Shown here in pieces: positions 1 through 7,943 of a stretch of 7,943 bases of DNA; position 1 is the stretch's first letter, and each line of letters starts with the position of its first letter. A program made the translations under genes and the position numbers. The DNA comes from Takakia lepidozioides. Lineage: Eukaryota > Plantae > Bryophyta. The notes beneath the pieces are model-generated. The model made no database searches and was not told the DNA's origin. It saw nothing but the letters and a program-made list of their open reading frames with translations. The stretch is taken from NCBI GenBank assembly GCA_030704615.1, contig JAKLZA010000195.1:1-7943 (forward strand). Direction: 5' to 3'.

Positions 1-1801
1 TGCCGGGAGGGTTTGTATTCTTCTCCTCTGATCCATTAGAACTCCGCGCATGTGCCAAATCCTGATGTATTTTCGTCTGTCAAGAATGCGCACATACGGA
101 TTAATATCCTGCTCAACACAATTTCTTCTATTGGGGAGGAGAGACAGATTAGCTCAACAAAACTGTCAGGAGCTTTACCCCAAATATGTAGTCCACCATG
201 GGCGTCGACGCTCAGCCTATACCAGGTTCTCTTTCTGCCTTTGCCTCACGACTTGCGCAGGAGGTCGCACTGAGGGAATTGGCAAACTCTTGCAACCCCG
301 CTTTCCCGACATCCTTCACTCGGAGAGCAATCTGGGACAATTTTGGTGGCAATGAATGCATTCTCAGTCACCCTGCAGTGCACATTTCCATCAAACAATA
401 CTGAATTGGAATTTTCCATCATATATGAGGATTCGCATGAATTTGACTTCCAATTCAAAAGTCCAACACGAGAGGTGTTTAACTTACGAGTTGATGTCCG
501 CCATTGGGCGCTTTGAGAAGACTGCGATCTTTGGGCCCCGCAACCTTCAGAACAACACAATCCAACGGCGAAATGCCATCGAGGTCGTTGGGGGGCTTGG
601 GCAATGTGCTCCATCCATGCCAGGAGGCGATGATTGCCGTCCACCACGTAGAACCTCTTGACATTACCGGACAAGTGCTGGAAAAGAGGATCACTAGCAT
701 CGATCTCTCGAACTCCTCATTTCGCGTTTGCCAATGGGGACCCCCATTTGTCCACCTCATCGTAAGTGTGGGCACGGGAAGCTCCGTGGTCGTTCTCATG
801 GAAACGTAAAACGCGGCAGACCCCATTCGATATCCTCCCGGAAAGAGAATTTTCAGCTTGACGATATCGCCTGGTAGGGCAAGGTCTCACCACCTGCAAT
901 TACACCAGCAGCGGCAAAGGGGGAATTCGAACTAACTTGGCCGGTACACCATGGCCCCCCAGCACACCCTGCCAATGTTGCTGTGGGTTGCCTCCAACAT
1001 CTTGGCAGCGGCCAACTTCATATCCCGCCTCAGACATGACGTCTGCTGCAGAGGGGTTTTTCCGGCAGCCCACCAGGACCGGCCAAATCCAGCCTGTATG
1101 CTCCGGGTTGGGGCCTGGGGATGTCCGGAGTATGTCATCCGGGTCAAAAGCTCCATGTCGTCCTCCTCAACAGGGTCAGCCACCTGCGAAACCACCTCCA
1201 GCCTCCTCCGTCTCTACTACTCTCTAACTCTTTCCCCGTCCCTTGCTTTCACCTCGAACTTGCACAATCCGTGCTCTTCTGGTGTTCTTTCCTCTCCTCC
1301 CCTCTCCACCGTATTGGGTATTGCCGGGGCTGCTCTTTCCCCGCGATGGTCTAATACCGGTGTGTTACTGCCTCCTTTTGGTGTCGTGGAGGAATCCACC
1401 AGTCTCTTGTCGTCCCGACTTTACATTGGCATCTGTCATTTGGGCACCCCCTGGCCTCTTCAGTGGCCTTTTCTCTTTCCTCCCTGGCTAGCATTCTGTC
1501 TCGTCGTTCTTTTGCCCTCTCTTTTGGCCCTCTCACGGGCTTTCCTGTTTCTTACTAGGGCTAGCAGCAGGGGACCCTCCAGGACGACCACCTTTGATTG
1601 AGGCGACTGACACCCTCGCCTTCGCTCGCACTGTCTCACTCCCCCCTACCTCCGCACCCGTGACCGCTCTCTCGCCGGGGATGCATGTGCTTAGCTTTCT
1701 TCTTTTTCTTTGCGTGGGCGGGCCTTACTTCATGTGCATCAACAACCTCCTTGCCGGATTTTGCTGTCCTCCATGTCCTCCACCGGCCCTTCACCTGCCA
1801 T
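1..1801 (-). CDS. Accessory protein with ParB/Srx-like domain (DGNHR) and charged low-complexity N-terminus; spliced, frameshifted, continues past the window start
   Basis: Joined frames read VRIP-LCR..LQVVRP-ALPGDIVKLKILF-GGYRMGSAAFYVS...HWQTRNEEFE...FYVVDGNHRLLAWMEHI (DGNHR at 641-627)...DCVVLKV..MADINS|VTENAFIATK...TWYRLS..MVDYIFG. The pattern hhhDGxHRh is the ParB/Srx nucleotide-binding motif. The N-terminal part (~1000-1800) is purine-rich and encodes an E/K/R/G-rich region with an NLS-like AKKKKKAK near 1690-1713. The start codon at 1801 (tgcaggcggcATGG) is tentative. Confidence 0.7.
77..178 (-). other. Probable spliceosomal intron (~102 nt) in the ParB-like gene
   Basis: On the minus strand the boundaries are TTTGGG|GTAAAG ... 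TTCTTGACAG|ACG. The downstream frame TKIHQDLAHARSSNGSEEKNTNPPG is open to the window edge. Alternative acceptors exist. Confidence 0.5.
373..487 (-). other. Spliceosomal intron (115 nt) in the ParB-like gene
   Basis: On the minus strand the boundaries are AACTC|GTAAGT ... CACTGCAG|GGTG. The intron is AT-rich, and splicing gives in-frame ADIN-S-VTENAFIATK. Confidence 0.75.
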
Positions 1802-2196
1802 GCCGCCTGCACCAAACCTCCCCAATTTGCCTATTTCTGTCGTACTCCCTCTTTGCAAGTCCTCCCGCCACCAACAAAAGTTTAAGTTTGCCCTCCTCGC
1901 CCCAATTGGGCGATTCAAACATGCGATGAGTTGTGGAGCTGTCGATGATACCACCAGCAGCTGGGCTTGTCGTCACTCTTCATTCCAAAAATATGAGAAC
2001 CAACATCGGTGGCCAAAACCAGCATCGCAACGACGCAGCGCAACACCATAGCACAATCGTGTACAAAAATAAACCTAACAAGTTTAGGAAGTAATGGAGA
2101 CATGCCACAACAATGAAAACAAATGCAACCAGTGCCTGAGAATGACATGCACAAGCAGCCTTCTCCAGAGCTTGCCGGATTTGCACACGCATTGCA

Positions 2197-2234
2197 AACA
2201 ATCTAAGGTTCACTCAACTATCTAAGGTTCACTC
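2197..2234. repeat. 19-bp direct tandem duplication AAC(A/T)ATCTAAGGTTCACTC x2
   Basis: The copies at 2197-2215 and 2216-2234 differ at one position. Confidence 0.9.
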
Positions 2235-2258
2235 ATCCAGCGAAGCCAGGATGAAGAT

Positions 2259-2335
2259 GCAAAAAACAAAGCGAGGCAACAAAGCGAAGCGAAAGCAAAG
2301 GGAAAGCAAAAGCGAAATCGAACAATCGAAGCAGA
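2259..2335. repeat. Degenerate (AAAGC/AAGCG)n low-complexity tract; pyrimidine-rich on the minus strand, probably 5' leader of the ParB-like gene
   Basis: The sequence reads caaagcgaggcaacaaagcgaagcgaaagcaaagggaaagcaaaagcgaaatcgaac. The leader role is inferred from its position and from CT-rich plant 5' UTRs. Confidence 0.55.
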
Positions 2336-2714
2336 ATTGGCTTGCCTGAGAGTACTGCTCGCTTTAGTTGGCGTCTGGTTGTGAGCAAGACACTGGAATC
2401 TCCTGCTGAGCTTCAGTTTGCCATGCGAGAGATTGGCCGTCGTCCGTATTACAGAGCTTTCAACTTCCGCCGCGGTCTGGATGTGAGGTCTCTCTCAGGA
2501 GAGCCACGCCCTTCAGGCGACATAAGTCCCAGCCAAATGGAAAAGATCTCCGTTTTTGGGGTACATGCCTCGAATAGCATGTTAAGCCAAGATTAGCATC
2601 AGATTTAGGGTACGTATCCAGGAAGCCATGTGTCGCCAGCCCGAATGAAAACGGATGGCGGTGGACATTTATTGCCCAACTGCGCAATTAAATGTCTATG
2701 AAACCCTCCATGTC

Positions 2715-3345
2715 GGATGAAAATCGACGGAACTCGGCCCTTAATTTCCAACGTAGAGGTAATTCGGAGCGCTGCAGGATGGAAATCTGGCGCGAATTTC
2801 CATCCTGCAAGGTAGGGCGTGCGCGCGAAATTTCCTCCCTCACGCAGGTAATTCCGAAGCGGTGGATGGAAATCCGCGCCGATTTCCATCCGCGCAGGTA
2901 GGGCGGCGCTCCAAATTTCCCTCACGCAGGTAATTGGATGCGGATGGATGGAAATTCGGCGACGATTTCCATCCGCGCAGGTAGGGCGCGTGCCAAATTT
3001 TCCCTCACGCAGGTAATTCAGACAGCGGATGGATGGAAATCCGACGCCGGATTTCCATCCGTGCAGGTAGGGCGGCCGCGCATTTCCCTCAAGCAGGTAA
3101 TTTGGAGGGCGGATGATTAAATCCGGCGCCGGATTTCCATCCGCAAGGTTGTCGGAGAGCGGATGGATGGAGATCCGGCGCCGATTTTTCCATCTGCAGT
3201 AATTCGAATGGCCGGATGGATGGAAATCCGGCGCTGAATTTCCATCCTGCAAGTAAGATTGAATCGCTGGCGAATGGATATTCGGCGCAGAATGCCATTC
3301 GCCGGTATTTCGAAGCGCTGAATTACCTTCCTGCAGGTAATTCTG
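2715..3345. repeat. Tandem array A: ~82-87-bp units then ~52-53-bp units, each with a ~30-bp palindrome GGATGGAAATCCGGCGCCGGATTTCCATCC
   Basis: Palindromes start near 2777, 2864, 2946, 3031, 3113, 3165, 3218 and 3270, with a degenerate copy near 2725. The linker consensus is GCGCAGGTAGGGCGCGxGCCAAATTTCCCTCACGCAGGTAATTCGGAxGCGGAT. Confidence 0.95.
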
Positions 3346-3466
3346 AGCGTGTCCTGATTGATTTTTCGGAGAAAACAAACCTAACTGTTTGTTTTGTGGC
3401 GAAGTGCACTTTTAGAACGTTTTTCTGGAATCCTTGACTGTATAGGCAAATCCGTAACAAAGCCTC

Positions 3467-4566
3467 GGACGGAAATTCTGCGCCGTTTTTCCATTCTGGG
3501 AGGTTTTACTGACGATCCTTTGAGGGGCCCGATGGAAATTCGGCGTCCGAATTTTCCTCCGGGGGATGGTCTCTGTCGAGAGGTGCCGGCCTCTCCGCCG
3601 CTCTGTTGGATATTCGATGCCGAATTTCCGTCCGGGGGTTGAAATATGACGGCCCAAGTGCCAGCCCCCCCCCTCCCTGACTGCATTGGAACGGCCCCGG
3701 ATTGAAATTCGGCGCCGTTTTCCATCTGGGGAGGTTTTTATGTCGGCTTGTTTTCGGCCTTCCCCCCGACAACGTTCTTCCTTTGGGGGGGCCCGGGATG
3801 GAAATTCGCGGCACCGAATCTCCATATAGGGGATGCTCCTCTGTCGAAACACGTGCGGCCTCTACGGCCGAGGCGACTTCATTCGGGCGTCCCCCTGTTG
3901 GATATTCGGTGCCGAATTTCCGTCCGGGGTTGAATATGACGGCCAAGTGCCGGCCTCTCCCCCCTCCCCGACTGCTCCGAACCGCCCCGATGGAAATTCG
4001 GCGCCGTTTTTTCCATCTGGGGATGTTTTTAATGCCGGCAAGTTTTTCGGTCTTGAACCCCCCGACAACAACGACTTCCTTGGGGGGCCCTGGATGGAAA
4101 TTTCGGCTCCGAATGTCCATCCAGGGATGTTCTCTGTCGCACACGCGCCGGCCTCTGCGCTCGAGGCGACTTCATCCGGGTTCCCTGTTGTATATTCGGT
4201 GCCGAATTTCCGTCCGGGGTTGTAATGTGAGGGCCAGATGCGGCCTTTCCCCCCGACCGACTGCATCCGAAAGGCCTCGGATGGAAATTCGGGCGCCAGT
4301 TTTCCATTCGCGGAGGTTTTTAGGTCGGCCAATTTTCGGCCTGTCCCCCGATAGGACTTCCTTTTGGGTGGATCCGAATGGAAATTCGGCGCTGAATTTC
4401 CATCCGTGGGATGTTTTATGTCGGACAGGTGCCGCATCTCTGCCCCAGACGACTTCCATCCGTGCGGTCCCTGTTGGGTATTGGGTGCCGAATTTCCATT
4501 CGGGGTAGTAATGTGACGGCACGGTGCCGGCTTCTCCCCTTCACCGACATCATCCGGACGGCCCCC
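3467..4566. repeat. Tandem array B: four ~290-bp units (first shortened to ~232 bp), each with three variants of the 28-bp palindrome
   Basis: Units start near 3468, 3700, 3989 and 4280. The marker (G/T)ATATTCG(G/A)TGCCGAATTTCC lies at 3609, 3901, 4191 and, as a variant, at 4477. The middle palindromes lie at 3531, 3797, 4093 and 4377. Confidence 0.95.
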
Positions 4567-4814
4567 CCCTTTCTGACTGCATACCGTTGGTAGTTATTAC
4601 GCAAACCAGGGGCCGCATTCCGAAGACAAGGTTTCATTAAACATGCTGACTGTGGATTTTTGAGATATAGTTGGCTCCCTGGATTTGGATCAGGCTTCGT
4701 CGCTCGGCAAATCGGCCCCGCCCCGCATTCCTTCCCTCGTGCATCCCCCCTTCTCTAACCAGGGAGCTTTCCTCCCCGCACGCCATCCTGGCAGTCTTGT
4801 GTGCAAACATCTCC

Positions 4815-7800
4815 ATGGCGGAAAAAACCGAGCGCTACAGTGTACTGCCTCCTCACGAGCATAGAGCTTCATTCCTTCCGTGCAGAGGGGACATCTGCCG
4901 GGTGATGGAGAAATATTGTGCGTCGATACCACCTGAAACCCGGGGTCGGTTTTTTTGGAGGAGGAAAGGAAGGACTCAACCGGCCTGTTGTCGAGAGTAT
5001 TGTTGTGCTCCACGATGATTTTTCGGCAATGGCAGGGAATGGCGAGTTCCACCATCGGACAGCGTCATAATACAGGGCTGTTGGGGACTTCATTTTGCCC
5101 GCCAAATGCACCTTCTATCCTGGCGCCTTCCACGAAACAATCCGCGAATCAGAGAGTGGCTACCTCAAAGAGAGAAGTCCGCAACGAAGTAAAGCAGAGC
5201 CGAACCCATCCATGAAGACGAGCGAGAACTGGGTTTGTTCACACCTGTCCGACTCAGACGAGGTCATGGAGTTCCGAGGTTGTCCTGGAGATCAGGCAGT
5301 CCTCAATGGAGTCAGTGGAGGAGGGAGTCATATTCCCAGGCACGAGCACCGCAATTCGATCTATTCTTGAAATCTGCGAGGGCTTTTCACCTGGAGGGAC
5401 ACGGTCGGAGCTGGCGGGCTGGACTACAGCAAGTTCGCAATTAAATCGTTACATGCCTTCCCCCGACGTCGCGGTAATAATCTTCTTTGAGATTCCCGCC
5501 CTGGCGGACTACTTGAGGGCATCCGGAAATGTTGACAGATTGGATAGAAAACATGACGGTCCATCCTTGGTGCGTACCAAACCACCAGCATGAAGATGCT
5601 CAATGATGTGGCGGATGCGCTACGTTGTTTGTGCGGGCGCGTTGCGGTGTTTTCTCCCCAACTTGCTTCCACTTTAAATGTAGAGGTCACAGGAACGAGA
5701 CCGATTGGACAGGCCACCCTCATCAACCATTTCGAGCTCAGGAGACGGTTCCGAACTCCACATTTAAGTGTGCGCATTGCAAAGAACCAATCCAAGCAGT
5801 TTATGTGTTTGCCAATCAAATTGCACAAACCGTTTCCCCCCTGACCTCACCACCGAGCTTGCATACACGTTGGTGTTCCCATTGTCACAAATTGGCGAGG
5901 GGGAACTCGCGGGAGGCTGCCCACGAAGCCAGAGCAGCTCGTTCAGGAGAGAGGTTAAGTTGAGACCGGGTGCCAACCCAAACAGATACACAGCTCCCGC
6001 CGCCCATAATGGCATTGGCCAGAATTATGTCGGAAGACGGCTCCGATAGAGTTCCCTCTCGATGAGAAGGAAATGGAGGCATTGCTGGAGTCGGTGTCCA
6101 CGTATGTTCACCGAATGTCGCACCCACATTGTCTCATGCAAACAGAAAATTGGGCGTGGCTCTGGATGCTACCTTAATGTAAGTAGGTTTCCAGGACAAG
6201 GGACTAGGCAGATCGTTGTTTCGTATTCAAAATGTCCACGTGTGGACTTGGCAGCGGCTTCGAACTGGTCGACAGGATGCCGAGTGGGGACTTGTTCAAA
6301 CAGTTGGGTCATGTTCGACCATATCAAGCGAATTACAATCACCAGTGGGTGACAATGGGTGCACATTTTCTACGACACCCACTGCAGGATGCTAATGACA
6401 ATTCTTTTGTGAGATGAAAGAGGAGAGGACAACAATCGGAGATGCTTCTTTGGCAGGAATAAAACGAACAGATGTCAAGGCAGGTTTGCCCCCTCCCAAT
6501 TTCCATGGTTCATGCGGACACGCCAAGCAATTGGGCTGCCATCCGAAGGGTGTACGGGCAAGACCCCAATGTTCCCATGGCAGGCAAGGAGAGATCTTGT
6601 GGGTTCCATTTTCTGCAGAGCCTTCGCATTACACAACCAGACTCGTGGCACCAGATTTCAAGAGGAGCACCGTCCCATGTGTGCCTTGCGTGGAAGCGCG
6701 CTCCCCCTTGGATGATGCAGAGACACATTTGCATGTATACGGGCTTTGGTGGACATCGTCAGGTTGCTGTAAGGAAATCAGACGAGGGAGCAATGGTCAG
6801 TTGGCTAGCATGGTGGCATTATTGTTTCCTCCAGTTTGGCGACTATATGCGGGAGGTTAGTTGCACGAATTCGCGTCCCGTTGAATATTATTCTTGGCCA
6901 TATTTGTAACTTGCTTGTAACCTCAACATGTGCTGTGACAGGAAATGTGTCTCGACTCCGACACCGACATGTCCACGACAAACATGGCTGAATCAGTGCA
7001 CTTTTCCTGGCGTGCCTCCTCTGGCGGCGCACTGGTGGACCTCCTCACTGCCACACGGAGACATTGTGAGGTCATTATGCAGCAATGCAGGTACAACGAG
7101 TTCTTGAAAGGGAACAGTGGGCTTGGGCCGGACAGGCAGGAAATGCTGATGCGGACTGCCTCTAGATCGAAGAATCCTCGGAAGTGGGCGGCGGCCTTGC
7201 GAGAGGGCCCTTCGGGACACCCCATTGCTGCGAAGAGGCCAACATTTGGAAGGAGATTTTCATACCCGTCGAGTGAGATGAGACTTGACGATGCACCTGG
7301 CGGAGAAGAGGATTCATGGCGAGCTGACAAGAATATTCGCACGCTCCCTCATGGTCCGGTGATGTTGCCGAGGAGGTCTCGTCAAGCACCGCAAGTCCTG
7401 CTTGTTAAAGATCGCCATCTCCTTTGAGCACAAGGCGCGTGCCCCAGCAACATAACGAGCCATGTGTAGTAAAGCAATACAACATTCCATTGTGGAGACA
7501 AGAGTGTCGGAGTCACAGTGGAGAATTGCGAGGACATTGCCGGCATTTCAAGGGAAGTGTTGCGCCATCCCGGGTGGATACGAGAGCCGCTGTGGGTGAG
7601 ATGATTCGGAGGAACCCACACGGTGCTGTACCTGCACCTTGTTTCAGCGGCAGATTTTTGACTCCCACATTTGCTCACGCCACAACACAGACATTTTGGT
7701 TCTGTAGGCACGACATAATGACCTGTGTATTTTGGCAGCCCAAGTATGGGATTCAGGGAATGCCGGAGCCTCCGGGCGTCTGGCCTGTTGCACCAGGTTG

Positions 7801-7927
7801 CAGCCTCTCTCAGAATGAGGCGGATGCTCTATCTGCAGCAGGATTTCGAATGGTGCAACGCACAGACATCCTGCCCACGCATTTCCGGTTCCTCAGACCC
7901 AGCCATTGCGACTGCTCGGTCCAGTAG
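4815..7927 (+). CDS. MULE/Mutator-family DDE transposase with N-terminal WRKY/GCM-like Zn domain (frameshifted in this sequence; at least one intron)
   Basis: The ATG at 4815 is in a ccATGGcg context. Joining frames gives FVFKMSTCGLGSGFELVDRM..GDL..SWVMFDHIKR (D1 at 6317-6319), WVTMGAHFYD, PNFHG(F)(M)AD (D2 at 6517-6519), ERSCGFHFLQS (CxxH at 6598-6609), WLAWWHY and, after the intron, STTNMAESVH (catalytic E at 6990-6992). The order D, D, CxxH, TxNxxES is the established MULE signature. Many 1-nt indels are needed to join frames. The stop at 7925-7927 is uncertain. Confidence 0.85.
5545..5900 (+). other. WRKY-GCM1-like Zn-binding DNA-binding domain of the transposase
   Basis: Joined frames read RKHDG(H)PW...CAGALRC..PTC.HFKCRGHRNETDWTG...STFKCAHCKEP...RACIHVGV-HCH. 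This is a DG-x-x-W start, several Cys pairs and a terminal HxH, as in GCM/WRKY-type domains, which are known N-terminal modules of MULE transposases. Confidence 0.6.
6856..6941 (+). other. Spliceosomal intron (86 nt) in the transposase gene
   Basis: Boundaries are GAG|GTTAGT ... TGTGACAG|GAA and the intron is more AT-rich than its flanks. Removal joins ORF 6472..6909 to ORF 6945..7427 in phase 0 (FGDYMRE|EMCLDSDTDMSTTNMAES) and removes the stop at 6907-6909. Confidence 0.8.
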
Positions 7928-7943
7928 AGACGGATTGGACAAT

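Larger units (their letters stand above)
1..7943. mobile_element. Internal part of a Mutator-like (MULE) DNA transposon: divergent transposase and accessory gene separated by palindromic tandem arrays
   Basis: The + strand gene carries MULE DDE motifs, a second gene sits head-to-head with it, and the intergenic region is made of tandem repeats. No TIR or TSD is visible, so membership of the left gene in the same element is inferred. Confidence 0.7.

Noticed and set aside
246-935. Bacterial plasmid or chromosomal parAB partition locus
   Set aside because: There is no ParA/Walker A gene and no operon structure. The gene has GT-AG introns and an NLS-like tract.
951-1929. + strand ORFs 951..1601 and 1594..1929 as membrane proteins
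   Set aside because: These are S/L/P/F-rich shadows of the purine-rich minus-strand coding region and carry no independent motif.
2197-2234. 19-bp duplication as a target-site duplication or element end
   Set aside because: The copies are adjacent, longer than typical 9-11-bp MULE TSDs, and have no neighbouring TIR. Local slippage is the simpler explanation.
2342-2596. 85-codon ORF (MPESTARF...) as a third gene
   Set aside because: It has a non-ATG start and no recognisable motif, and its position suits the promoter or leader of the minus-strand gene.
2715-4566. CRISPR array (28-30-bp palindromic repeats with spacers)
   Set aside because: The spacers are themselves repeated rather than unique, the repeats are degenerate, no cas genes are present, and the context is eukaryotic with spliceosomal introns.
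2605-4637. Long ORFs over the arrays (2605..3378 -, 3506..4144 -, 3702..4508 +, 3862..4437 -)
   Set aside because: They are open in several frames on both strands because of GC-rich repeats. Units shift frame relative to each other, and the peptides only repeat translations of the palindrome.

Overview
This window looks like the interior of a eukaryotic, intron-containing, plant-like Mutator-superfamily (MULE) DNA transposon with two head-to-head genes. On the + strand (~4815-7927) is a transposase with a WRKY/GCM-type Zn domain, a complete MULE-type D..D..CxxH..E motif set and an atypical Cys-rich C-terminal domain. On the - strand (~1801 to beyond base 1) is an accessory gene with a charged low-complexity N-terminus and a ParB/Srx-like domain (FYVVDGNHR). 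Between them lie two distinct tandem arrays (~2715-3345 and ~3467-4566) that together carry about 20 variants of one 28-bp palindrome, consensus GATGGAAATTCGGCGCCGAATTTCCATC. Both genes are broken by many 1-nt indels yet keep their key motifs and in-frame splice sites, so the breaks may be uncorrected long-read errors rather than decay. The most interesting hypothesis is a transposon that encodes a ParB-like protein together with its own parS-like palindrome arrays. Family assignments come from motif recognition and recall, not from database searches. No element termini were identified with confidence.
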